Assembly (NCBI GenBank): GCA_048884785.1
Contig: JBHLQM010000002.1
Location: 33,044-97,043, forward strand
From: Candidatus Thorarchaeota archaeon
GTDB lineage: Archaea > Asgardarchaeota > Thorarchaeia > Thorarchaeales > Thorarchaeaceae
Direction: 5' to 3'
Length of the DNA stretch: 64,000 nucleotides
Shown one piece after another: positions 20,244 to 29,399 of this stretch. A program made the position numbers and the translations under genes. The notes below the pieces were generated by a model. That model was not told where the DNA came from. It worked only from the letters and a program-made list of their open reading frames with translations, and did not search any database. Numbering within the stretch: the stretch's first letter is position 1; the number at the start of each line of letters is the position of its first letter.

Positions 20244-21395
20244 CTAATCAGACCAAATTTCCTCGTCATGAATCTTTTCAGTTTCTAGTTTGATTTGAGA
20301 CGATTTCACGTTTGCACGTAGTCCTCGTAGTTTGGATAATATCAAATACCTGAGAGGAACTTTTACAATAACCAATCCTTCTTCTTCCATGACTCTTGAA
20401 TCCTCAAACCATTTTTGCTGAGGCTCTTCGTCCCAAATAGAGATTTCATGTTTTACAACAGGAATTCTCTTCATCAGAATGAATCCAGTGAAAATGAGAA
20501 ACGGCAATGGAATGTTTACGACACCTATAGAAAAGAGAAATTGAATTAAATTATAGATCGAGGGCAAAAACGCGACCGACAGTCCAATTGCAACCACTGT
20601 ATTTCTTTTTACCCTGCCCTTGAAATACCTCAGAAGATAAACAATGAAACAAATGTGCGTAGGGAAGAGTAATGAACTCGAGAGATTTGAAACATAATTC
20701 TGCGTATAAAATATGATTCTGTTTTGAAGAATTGGACCACTGAATGTGTGACGTTCTAGTATCTGATTGAAAATGAGCGAATTTGACACTAAGGCTATAT
20801 TATGTCCTTGAGTCAGGTCGAAAACAAAGAGTGAATATGGTACAATCGAAGCCACGATGCCAAGGATATATCCAAGAATCGTATAATTACTAGGTCTTCT
20901 TCTTTTTGGCGGATATGAGGGATCTCCTTTGTGCAGATGAAGTTCAAGTAGTTTACTTTCTCTCACGATTATGGGTATTGCAAGAAACAAGATACAAGAC
21001 CAGGTGAAGGCTGTAATCATGTCAGGCAACATCCAGTCATACGGAGTGTAATAACTCACGAAATTACTTAGTATGATCGAAAATGCCGTCGAAATAGATA
21101 TGGTTCCAAAAGCAAATGACTGTATGGAATTCTCTGGTGGCACACCTCTCAATTCTAATTCGAAGAACATCAGTGGGGCAGAAATTAATACCACGCAACC
21201 AAGAAACAATAATGACGACATTGTAGCGTCAGTGACATAATAGTAGTCTTGTGAAATAACAAATCTGGATAATATGCAATGATACGAAAAATAATCCATA
21301 TCTTCTCCTCTATAATAGGCCTCACCATTTAGAGGAAGTAGCAGGACGATGAATAATCTGATAGCACTCAATGATAAGGGATCCCAATTCTTCAT
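20244..21395 (-). CDS. Multi-pass membrane hypothetical protein
   Basis: About 8 hydrophobic segments; no motif recognised. Confidence 0.65.
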   Translation of the reverse strand: MKNWDPLSLSAIRLFIVLLLPLNGEAYYRGEDMDYFSYHCILSRFVISQDYYYVTDATMSSLLFLGCVVLISAPLMFFELELRGVPPENSIQSFAFGTISISTAFSIILSNFVSYYTPYDWMLPDMITAFTWSCILFLAIPIIVRESKLLELHLHKGDPSYPPKRRRPSNYTILGYILGIVASIVPYSLFVFDLTQGHNIALVSNSLIFNQILERHTFSGPILQNRIIFYTQNYVSNLSSSLLFPTHICFIVYLLRYFKGRVKRNTVVAIGLSVAFLPSIYNLIQFLFSIGVVNIPLPFLIFTGFILMKRIPVVKHEISIWDEEPQQKWFEDSRVMEEEGLVIVKVPLRYLILSKLRGLRANVKSSQIKLETEKIHDEEIWSD

Positions 21396-21612
21396 CTCCT
21401 CTCCCAGCCTTATATGGAATTCTTCCTGATAAGCTTAAATCACCGATGATAATGCAACTGTTATAGGCTTTTTGGGTTCAAAAATGCAACATCTACTATG
21501 AACAATGTTAATCACAAGATACAAATAATATACTTGTTTAACCTTTTTAGTTATACAATGTAACAGTCTGTTGTTTTCATTGTATACACACTCTTCAAGA
21601 GGAGTTGTAGAA

Positions 21613-23283
21613 ATGCATGTACACAAAACAGTAGCACTATCAATGATGTTGATTCTTTTTCTACTTCCACATCCAACATCCCTGCCATTTGAGCAGGTAC
21701 AAGAGCAAGACATATTCAAACCTTCATCGATAGTTTTTGCAACAGACCTGGCGGAGGAGGTCTATAATGCAGTATCGGAATCTTCAATTCTATACTTTGT
21801 TAAGAAGCTCACAGAAAATGGATCGAGGGTTGCAGATAATTCGATTACACAACAGGCTCGATCCTGGATTACATCTGAGCTAGACAACGTTTCCGACGGA
21901 AAGATAGAGGTGTCCTATCATGGCGAAGTGTGGGGTAATCCCGCAAACAACATTTTGGGAAGGCTTCCTGGAATTCTTGGTGACTCTGGTCCTGTTGTGA
22001 TGATTGGAGGTCATTATGACTCTGTTGCAAGTGCGCCAGGTGCAAACGACGATGCCATTGGATGTGCAGTCACGTTAGAATTGGCTCGCATTCTTTCGAA
22101 TTACGAATGGCCTCTTGACATCTACTTCTGCTTCTGGAATTATGAGGAACCAGGGATGTATGGAAGTGAATCGTCGGCTGAGCTATTTGTAGAAGATGAA
22201 ATGGATATCTTGGTATACTTCAATATAGATTCTCTACTTGTTCAGAATCCGGCTAATCCTCCCGATGAGCGCGTTCTTATGATATATCGACTCCCCACAG
22301 GTGCGCTTTTCCACGATGCGCAATACTGGGCAGAGTTAACGCGAGTAATGAACAACAACTATGATACACCAATCATCAAACTTGTTCTTGGAGGGTCGCT
22401 GGGAAATACAGATCTCGCATCATTTGCTATAGCTGGCTATAAATCGGGTGTTGGAATTGGAGAAACTGGTTTTTCAATTGATACTTCATACCATGATCTA
22501 TCTGATACTTGGGATAATCCTCTGTTCAACTATTCTCTTGCCACCTCAACCACTTCAAGCATTGGGGCCAGTATAGCCTATTCCCTTGCCAGGAATTCAG
22601 GTGAAATTACCCAGTCAAAATATGGTCTTGAAATTGGTGCCGGAGAAACAAGAGAACTTCTACTTGAGGTTTCTATGTTGTCAGACCTTCAGATTGAAGG
22701 CACTTGGCCTAGCGCTGGTGGTCTCGAGTTTACGCTCACAGACAGTTCTAGCAATGAACTTGACACACATACTTCTAGTGCATCATCTGCTAATTCGCTG
22801 GTGATAATGAATGTCACTCCTACCGAGTTTGGTATACACAAGCTATCAATTGAGAACGCAGGCGGTAGCTCAGTCGCACTTGAGCTTACAATAATTCAAG
22901 ACACTGATATCGAAGGAAATGGCGTCCCAGATAGTGAGGAGGAGTGGTTCAATGACTTCGCTGTTGATTCTGATAAAGACTTACTAACTGATGGTTTTGA
23001 GGAAATCAATGGCCTTGAACGATACAACAATGATACAGATTCCGATCTTATGCCAGATGGTTGGGAGTACAACAACGACTTGGATCCACTAAGCGACGAT
23101 GCCTCCTTGGATGGAGATTCAGATGGTTTATCAAACCTAAACGAGTTTCTGACAGGACATGATCCACAGGTCGCTGACTGGAATCCATTTCCAGACATGT
23201 TTCTAATCGTCGGAATTGGAGGTTCAATTGTAGTCATTGCTGTTGTTGCATTGTTGATAGTGAAACGCCGCAAATCAGGCTGA
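21613..23283 (+). CDS. Secreted, membrane-anchored M28 metallopeptidase with Ca-binding DxDxD repeats
   Basis: Signal-like N-terminus, GGHYDS, PGANDDAIG, EEPG, YH; DTDSDLMPDGWE-type repeats; C-terminal TM plus KRRK. Confidence 0.85.
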   Translation: MHVHKTVALSMMLILFLLPHPTSLPFEQVQEQDIFKPSSIVFATDLAEEVYNAVSESSILYFVKKLTENGSRVADNSITQQARSWITSELDNVSDGKIEVSYHGEVWGNPANNILGRLPGILGDSGPVVMIGGHYDSVASAPGANDDAIGCAVTLELARILSNYEWPLDIYFCFWNYEEPGMYGSESSAELFVEDEMDILVYFNIDSLLVQNPANPPDERVLMIYRLPTGALFHDAQYWAELTRVMNNNYDTPIIKLVLGGSLGNTDLASFAIAGYKSGVGIGETGFSIDTSYHDLSDTWDNPLFNYSLATSTTSSIGASIAYSLARNSGEITQSKYGLEIGAGETRELLLEVSMLSDLQIEGTWPSAGGLEFTLTDSSSNELDTHTSSASSANSLVIMNVTPTEFGIHKLSIENAGGSSVALELTIIQDTDIEGNGVPDSEEEWFNDFAVDSDKDLLTDGFEEINGLERYNNDTDSDLMPDGWEYNNDLDPLSDDASLDGDSDGLSNLNEFLTGHDPQVADWNPFPDMFLIVGIGGSIVVIAVVALLIVKRRKSG

Positions 23284-23382
23284 AAATTGCCGCTTAGTGA
23301 TTTGGTTGGTAGGGTGCACACAAACTGCACCTTTCCAACATATTTAGAGCATTCATGTGAGTTGTCAGATAGTGAGTTGTCA

Positions 23383-23784
23383 ATGAAACTATCTGAAAAG
23401 GAATGGAAACTAAGATTGGACTCTGACCAGTTCAAGGTGCTTAGGCAATGTGGCACAGAGCCTCCATTTAGTGGGAAGTATGTACATCACAAAGCAAATG
23501 GTATGTATGTTTGCGCTGGGTGCGGAAATGAGCTCTTCTCATCCAGTACAAAATACGAATCAGGCAGTGGCTGGCCAGCCTTCTGGGATAAAGTATCAGA
23601 AGACAGCGTCGAAACACGAATCGATACCAGTCATGGGATGAGAAGAATAGAGGTCCTATGCAAGAACTGTGGCGGTCACCTCGGCCATGTCTTTGATGAC
23701 GGACCGAATCCGACAGGACTCAGATATTGCATAAATTCGGCTGCGCTTGATTTCAGCCTAAAGGATGAAGACTCGAAAGAATAG
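23383..23784 (+). CDS. msrB: Peptide methionine-R-sulfoxide reductase (Cys form)
   Basis: [42 protein letters not shown]. Confidence 0.96.
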   Translation: MKLSEKEWKLRLDSDQFKVLRQCGTEPPFSGKYVHHKANGMYVCAGCGNELFSSSTKYESGSGWPAFWDKVSEDSVETRIDTSHGMRRIEVLCKNCGGHLGHVFDDGPNPTGLRYCINSAALDFSLKDEDSKE

Positions 23785-23808
23785 TCTTGCTGATAGTATG
23801 AAAGAAGA

Positions 23809-23844
23809 GGTGAAAAAGAAGGCTGGGAGGGTGTGCAACCCTCC
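23809..23844 (-). terminator. Hairpin plus U-rich tail after 23854..25128
   Basis: Stem GGAGGGT/ACCCTCC (23826-23844) followed on the minus strand by CAGCCTTCTTTTTC. Confidence 0.6.
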
Positions 23845-23853
23845 GAGTTCATA

Positions 23854-25128
23854 TTATGCTGTGAATCGTACTCCACAGCTTTGACATTCTACTGTGTCGC
23901 CAATGATAAATGTACCAGACAATGGAGCACCACAGTTCGGACATCTAGGAATGCCCATTCCACTGCTATCTCTCAAGTCTCGCCCTACATCTGAGGCCTG
24001 TTTAGACAAGAATTCATCAGTGTCCTTGCTAAATGTTCCAGAGATCTCACCAGATGCAATGAGTTGTAGCGTTGCTCTCCTAACATCATCCTCCGGTATC
24101 TCAAGTATCTCTGCCAATTCATCCATACTCACACGCGGATATGACTTGAGTGCACCTAGAACCAGTTCACGTGTGTGTGCAGTTGTCTGAGGACCTGGTG
24201 GCGGTGTTGGCCGAGTCACGTAAGTAGGTGTTGGACCAGAAGGCCCACGGCGTTTACTACGGTTAACCATCACGCAAATGAAGATCAATGCCACAAATGA
24301 GACCGCTCCGAGTCCGATGATGATTGTTTGGAAATCTGTTCCTCCTGTTGTAGCTGCACCTGATGTATCAATGATTACACCAAGCGACAAAGTGACTGTA
24401 TCTGCCTGGCCTATGGCTGAAAAGACAAGATACCAGGTTCCGGTTGTAGGGACAGTGAAAGGTCCGATGTTGGCTTGATGGTAGTCTTCTTTCAAGTCAA
24501 AGACATCAGCCGTTCCGCCGGTAGTCCAAATGTTAAAGTTTGCTTGGTCGCAGATAAAGTAGTCTACCCCATCGCTAGGGAAAAACGTAGAGAAATGCCC
24601 TGAGAATTCAGCTCCTGCACCATAGGTTCCATAGACATAATAATATTCATCATCTTCCAGAACCTCTCCATATGCAGTGACATCATACGTGCTCGTGGAG
24701 TAGTATGGAGTATTATCGTTATTCTTGTCAACCCCAAGATCCAGCGTTATGGAGCTCGAACCGCCATAGTTACTGAATACTACATACCATGTATCAGTGG
24801 TAGTGACCGTGAATGAGAATTCAAGAGTGTGCATGTTCTCTTCAAGATTGTAAACATCGGCAGTTCCTCCCGAATCCCAAATGGCATAATTCGCCGCGTC
24901 ACATATGAAGAAATCGGCGAGACCCTGAGTTGATGCATGGGTTTCAAAATATCCTGAGATTGTGTCTCCAGATACATATGAATCCCAGACAAAATACCAT
25001 TCATCAGTGGCTAGGGTTTGATTTGTGATCTGATAATCAAACGGCAGTGCCTCAACTGGTTCCGATTGGAACGCAATCACTGACAGCGTTAGAAGCATGA
25101 ATAGCAAGACGAGCTTTGTTTTCATCAT
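23854..25128 (-). CDS. Single-pass membrane protein: two GOLD/PPC-like beta domains, TM, Pro-rich linker, PCI-like winged helix, zinc ribbon
   Basis: Signal peptide; internal duplication (DFFICDAANYAIW...WYVVFS / DYFICDQANFNIW...WYLVFS); TM; LIASGEISGTFS; CPNCG...CQSCG. Confidence 0.7.
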   Translation of the reverse strand: MMKTKLVLLFMLLTLSVIAFQSEPVEALPFDYQITNQTLATDEWYFVWDSYVSGDTISGYFETHASTQGLADFFICDAANYAIWDSGGTADVYNLEENMHTLEFSFTVTTTDTWYVVFSNYGGSSSITLDLGVDKNNDNTPYYSTSTYDVTAYGEVLEDDEYYYVYGTYGAGAEFSGHFSTFFPSDGVDYFICDQANFNIWTTGGTADVFDLKEDYHQANIGPFTVPTTGTWYLVFSAIGQADTVTLSLGVIIDTSGAATTGGTDFQTIIIGLGAVSFVALIFICVMVNRSKRRGPSGPTPTYVTRPTPPPGPQTTAHTRELVLGALKSYPRVSMDELAEILEIPEDDVRRATLQLIASGEISGTFSKDTDEFLSKQASDVGRDLRDSSGMGIPRCPNCGAPLSGTFIIGDTVECQSCGVRFTA

Positions 25129-25290
25129 ATCGCCCCAATGTCTCCGCAGGGGAATGTTATTGTTGCCCTATCATCTCTATCGAAATATACTTTACTCTGA
25201 CATCGATACTTCCAGAGTCCTCCTTTTTGTACGAAATCATACATTGTTCTTATATTGCCCTCTTTGTATAGATTTCAAAGGTGTTCTTGC

Positions 25291-25452
25291 ATGAGTCTAA
25301 TCTCAAAAATCGGTTACAGTTCAGGAAGTCTAACAGCTGCACTCCCGCAGTACGCGATTCGGACATTCCTATTCTTTTACTATGCAGTCGTCTTGCATAT
25401 GAATGAATTCTGGCGATTATCTCACGCTATCCATTCCATTGAGATTCTCTGA
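25291..25452 (+). pseudogene. N-terminal fragment of a GPH/MelB-type MFS transporter
   Basis: MSLISKIGYSSGSLTAALPQYAIRTFLFFYYAVVLHM resembles GPH TM1; preceded by AAGGTG; stops after 53 codons. Confidence 0.6.
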
Positions 25453-25551
25453 TTACTTTGCAGAAAAACATTGAACGCAAGCATGAATCATCAAGAACGC
25501 AATAGTTCGCAAATCCCTTTAACGATGGTGTGGAAGAATAAGTGGTTGAGA

Positions 25552-26574
25552 ATGATTCGCAAAATCACAGAACTGTCAAAGAAACATGCAGATATATCAA
25601 AACATGATCCCGACCAGATAGAAAGACACGCGGCTGCAGTAAGAGGACAAGCACCCAAATTCCTGATAGTTTCTCCAATACATCGTGCCTCTCAGAATCA
25701 GCAACTCCTGCAATTTGGACAGGGTGATGCTTTTCACGCTACTAGAATACCAGGAGCTCCTCTTTCTCCTCCCAATTCCTCACCATACCTATTTGGAGGT
25801 CCTGCTGCATATAACAAACTCTTTCCAAAGGAAACCGGGATAATTCTTACATTTGATCTGGATGAGGCGCCTGATGTAATCTCAACTTCCCTTGATAATG
25901 TTGTAAAACATCCTGACCTTGTTGGGATTCCTATCATTGCCCTAAGAGTTGATTATGATGCCGGACGAGCAAGGTTGATCCCTCATAGATATGGCCGAAC
26001 ATATGAGATTGAGAATTACATTCTAAAGCGGATTAATCGGCCCGATGTCCTTGATGAGAGCACACTTGTCATAATATGCTCAGATTCGAGGATTGCACCT
26101 CCGGAAACACCCCTTGGTGTACCGATGGCAATCCAGCTTCTGGGGGCATATCTGCCGCCCTACGATCAGAGCCTAGTAGAATTGGTTCAGCTTGATGAGT
26201 TTCTAAGAGGATGGCTAGCTGCTGATATCCAGAAAAGAGGAATCATTGTTGTGGCACATGGCAACTTCGAGGGTGACGGACCATCCTGCGGAGCCGCAGA
26301 GGCATCGCTAAGTTCAGAAGAGTCATCAGACAACTATCTGAAATCTGTAGTCAGCAGAATTAGTTCTGATGTATTGGGGCTAGAGGGAAAACCAGTTTCC
26401 ACCCCTGAGGAGAGGGCAATTTCCATAGGGACAATGACAGTCAATAACCTTCGAACCTACCCCTCAATTTTAGATGTCTTTCGACGTAATCTTGTTGACG
26501 ACAAATTCATAGGATTTCTTAAAATGGATACGGTTACAAATGTCGTTTCTCCCTACGAGATCGATCCATTATAG
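25552..26574 (+). CDS. Beta-carbonic-anhydrase-like protein
   Basis: VIICSDSR and VAHGNFEGDGPSCGAA supply Cys/His/Cys ligands; N-half has degenerate GQAPKFLIVS. Confidence 0.55.
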   Translation: MIRKITELSKKHADISKHDPDQIERHAAAVRGQAPKFLIVSPIHRASQNQQLLQFGQGDAFHATRIPGAPLSPPNSSPYLFGGPAAYNKLFPKETGIILTFDLDEAPDVISTSLDNVVKHPDLVGIPIIALRVDYDAGRARLIPHRYGRTYEIENYILKRINRPDVLDESTLVIICSDSRIAPPETPLGVPMAIQLLGAYLPPYDQSLVELVQLDEFLRGWLAADIQKRGIIVVAHGNFEGDGPSCGAAEASLSSEESSDNYLKSVVSRISSDVLGLEGKPVSTPEERAISIGTMTVNNLRTYPSILDVFRRNLVDDKFIGFLKMDTVTNVVSPYEIDPL

Positions 26575-27282
26575 CTCTGTCTGCAACAATCGGGATTCAA
26601 GAACTCCCTCATAAGAAACCAAGAGGTCTTCATATCTTCCCAAGTCAAGTAGAAATGAATTGAGCTTGAAAATTGGAACCACCGGAACTCCGTCACAGAA
26701 TTGGATTTCCTCCACAAGCCATGTAACCATGATTGGTGTAAGTGAGTACACACCTGGTTTCATTCTTTCAATCTTATGAGACAATCTCTCTATTTGATTG
26801 GATAGTTTCTCTGTACGAATTGCCTGCTTCTTTGCAGCTTCAACAAGAGTAGACGATTTTCCTGTTCTCAAGCCCCACATTTTCGCATCAATAGACAGAA
26901 TGGAAAATCCCTTCACTCCGATAACATCAATTTCCATTCCCTCAACCAGTCTATTCCCGCGACGTCTGAAGCTCTCAACGCATCTATACTCATTCTCAGT
27001 GAGTATGCGTGCTACAAACCCCTCAAAGTCCTTCCAAGTCAGATGTTGGATCACGGTCTCTATATTCGCATCCGCGGCAATTGCAATAACCGCCAAGTCA
27101 ATCCGATTATCCCTGCTAAGAATCCAAGACTTGTCAATCATTCGATTGGGCATGAGTTCGAATAGAATCTGGTTTATTGCTCCGGATGTAGTTTGGAACG
27201 GCTCCCCGTTTTTAGATAGTCTGAGTATCTCTATTAGAGTATCGGCATTCTCTTGCTTCATTGTTAGTTCTACAATATTCAA
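26569..27282 (-). CDS. PD-(D/E)xK restriction-endonuclease-like (Mrr/NERD-like) protein
   Basis: LTWKDFEGFVARIL, EIDVIG, IDAKMW. Confidence 0.75.
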   Translation of the reverse strand: MNIVELTMKQENADTLIEILRLSKNGEPFQTTSGAINQILFELMPNRMIDKSWILSRDNRIDLAVIAIAADANIETVIQHLTWKDFEGFVARILTENEYRCVESFRRRGNRLVEGMEIDVIGVKGFSILSIDAKMWGLRTGKSSTLVEAAKKQAIRTEKLSNQIERLSHKIERMKPGVYSLTPIMVTWLVEEIQFCDGVPVVPIFKLNSFLLDLGRYEDLLVSYEGVLESRLLQTEL

Positions 27283-27328
27283 GTTACTTTATAACACTCA
27301 TTGCTGACATATGCGTAAGGTCGATGCC

Positions 27329-27823
27329 ATGTCAGAAACTGCCGAAGGATGGCGACGCGTCCTAGCCGCTTTTGATGAATGGATTACATATGAGAGTACA
27401 GAGTTCATGCCTTGGACTGGGTATTTCTCTATGGATGGACTCAGAAGTCTCACCAATGAGGAGCGACTAGGCTGGATGAACAATATGATTGATGAGATTA
27501 TTCCAGGCAGAGTTGCAAAATGCAGAGAGGCCGGTGTTGCTTTGGAAGACTTCCTGCCATACATGCCAAATTCAGATGCAATCAGTACAGTCCAATCTAT
27601 GATTGATTTGAATACTAGGATTCAAGATTCCATGCTCAGTATGAGTGACACCATAAGTTCAATGCTGGATGAGTACAAAACCGGAGGATTGGATGAGCTT
27701 CATACCTTTATTGAATCCTTGGCTACTAATGAAGAGGACATTAGGCATCATATGAGTCTGTATTCACAGGGATTTGGGAAACTACAGGCTCTTGGTCTTG
27801 AAATGCCTGATGAATTCATGTAA
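27329..27823 (+). CDS. Hypothetical acidic helical protein
   Basis: Clean ORF with AAGGT upstream of ATG 27329. Confidence 0.7.
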   Translation: MSETAEGWRRVLAAFDEWITYESTEFMPWTGYFSMDGLRSLTNEERLGWMNNMIDEIIPGRVAKCREAGVALEDFLPYMPNSDAISTVQSMIDLNTRIQDSMLSMSDTISSMLDEYKTGGLDELHTFIESLATNEEDIRHHMSLYSQGFGKLQALGLEMPDEFM

Positions 27824-27959
27824 TTAACTTCGTTACAAATACTTAAGTACACAGATTTTGCTTCATAATCTCGACCCAAAGCAAAAGAGGTGAAAAGTGA
27901 AATGGGTGTAGATACAACTGCATCAGACGCCCATCGATGTCGGGTCAGAAGTCCAACAG

Positions 27960-28352
27960 GTGAGCACCAAATTACCTCTCGAGGTGAATGTGTTCTCAGA
28001 TGGGCCTAAGGCCTGCTCGATGTGTGAGATAACTCCCTATGGACCTGTTTTTCAAAGTCTATTATCAGCTTTCCTGAGTCTAGCAAAAAATAGGATGAGT
28101 ACTACTCAGAAGGTGATACTACAGTGCTGTGTCAGCATTTTACGATTCAGAGAAGTAACTCTGACAGCATTAGCTGATTTAGTTTCTCGCAAAACAGGAG
28201 TACCATATAGTACAGTGAAATGGAATATACGCTCGCTAGTAGCGATTGGTTTCCTAGTTGGCGGAAATGCCGACAGTAAAGGGGAACTGGCATCATTCAC
28301 GGAGGTCGCAGCGATGCTTGTCGAGAATCTGGAAGAAATCGGGATTAAATGA
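27960..28352 (+). CDS. Winged helix-turn-helix protein (start uncertain; ATG 28020 possible)
   Basis: TLTALADLVSRKTGVPYSTVKWNIRSLVAIGFL. Confidence 0.65.
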   Translation: MSTKLPLEVNVFSDGPKACSMCEITPYGPVFQSLLSAFLSLAKNRMSTTQKVILQCCVSILRFREVTLTALADLVSRKTGVPYSTVKWNIRSLVAIGFLVGGNADSKGELASFTEVAAMLVENLEEIGIK

Positions 28353-28384
28353 TAACATCGAAGCCGAATGTGCCTATGATGTTT

Positions 28385-28442
28385 AGAGGTGATCGACAGA
28401 AGAGCAGGGTGCTTCCCTGTGCTCCAGTGTCAGAGTTCCTTT
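28385..28442 (-). promoter_or_regulatory. Candidate SECIS element in the 3' UTR of 28453..29253
   Basis: UGAC (28432-28429) / CGAU (28395-28392) quartet, 14-position helix with 11 pairs, apical loop AAGCA, basal AGG/CCU. Confidence 0.65.
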
Positions 28443-28452
28443 CGTGACAATG

Positions 28453-29253
28453 TCATTGCATCTTCTTGTCGAAAAGATTCCATGAACCATTCATGGAATC
28501 ACTCACCTCTTCAAGACTTGTGCCCGCAGACAGCAGTACATCAATTGAGGCTTTATCATTAGGCTGAACATCATCCAGGTTCCATTGAAGTCCCACGACA
28601 ATATCTCTTGGTCCAATCTCGAGGTTCTTGTTTAGATCGCGAATGGTTTCATTGATTGTAAGCTTGACCGGTGTTGATACATCCCACGAATCCGGCTTTG
28701 GCATCGAACCTATCTGGGCGAATAGATCAGTTTTGTCCCAAACTGTCATTATCCCAGTTTCAGGTTGATATCTAGCCATATCATCCTTGTAGCTTCTAGG
28801 CCCTCCAAGATCAAAATCCATCAGAAGATACATTCTGAGGTCTTTTATCACTTGGTCCGTGGTATTCCTCACTCCATGACGCCAAAGAAGAACCGGTACA
28901 TTCTTGCTCCAGAGGATATCTTCAACTCGTACCAGAGGGTTTCTCTCTCTGGAGTTGTATTCCCCTGTTATATGTACAGACCCTTGTTCTTTGATAGCTG
29001 ACATCACCATTTTGCTTGCTGGTTCAGTTGAACTGATGGCATGAGGTCTTCCCTCGAATACGAAGGTGGTCCAAAAACCAGCTTTGTAGTTCGATGGGTT
29101 TCGAAGCAATAGCCTATCATAGCCTTCGCGGTCGATCAAGCTCAGCCTCTTGATGAAGAGTCCGTTGCGGCCCTGTCCTCATGAAGCACATTCAATTGAA
29201 TAGGCCGCATCAAGTCTCGGAGTCCGGTTTCCTGTTTCCAAGATTTCAGACAT
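28453..29253 (-). CDS. Candidate selenoprotein, 266 aa, with N-terminal CASU motif (TGA at 29181-29179)
   Basis: ATG 29253 is in frame with track ORF 28453..29139; the only interruption is TGA in ...IECAS*GQGRNG...; SECIS-like hairpin downstream. Confidence 0.7.
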
Positions 29254-29399
29254 GATTCATCACGTGACCTTTGCATTGGTAGCTATCAATGATTTCAATA
29301 TAAACACTGAGCTTTGTGACCCTTGGAGATTTCGTATCGTCTTTCATAAAGTCTATAAAGTCGACCACGATTTTCGCTGTCGTTTGGGTGTGTTCTGCG

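Noticed and set aside
23383-23784. MsrB as a selenoprotein
   Set aside because: Catalytic residue is Cys (TGC in RYCINS)
25450-25452. TGA in frame between the transporter fragment and the CA-like ORF, as possible Sec readthrough
   Set aside because: No Cys/redox context, the two parts belong to unrelated families, and I saw no SECIS-like hairpin after 26574
26569-27282. Restriction-modification or defence island
   Set aside because: Lone nuclease-fold gene; no methylase, integrase or other defence genes nearby
28453-28455. Terminal TGA of the candidate selenoprotein as a second Sec
   Set aside because: Only about 20 nt from the hairpin, and readthrough would translate through the SECIS itself
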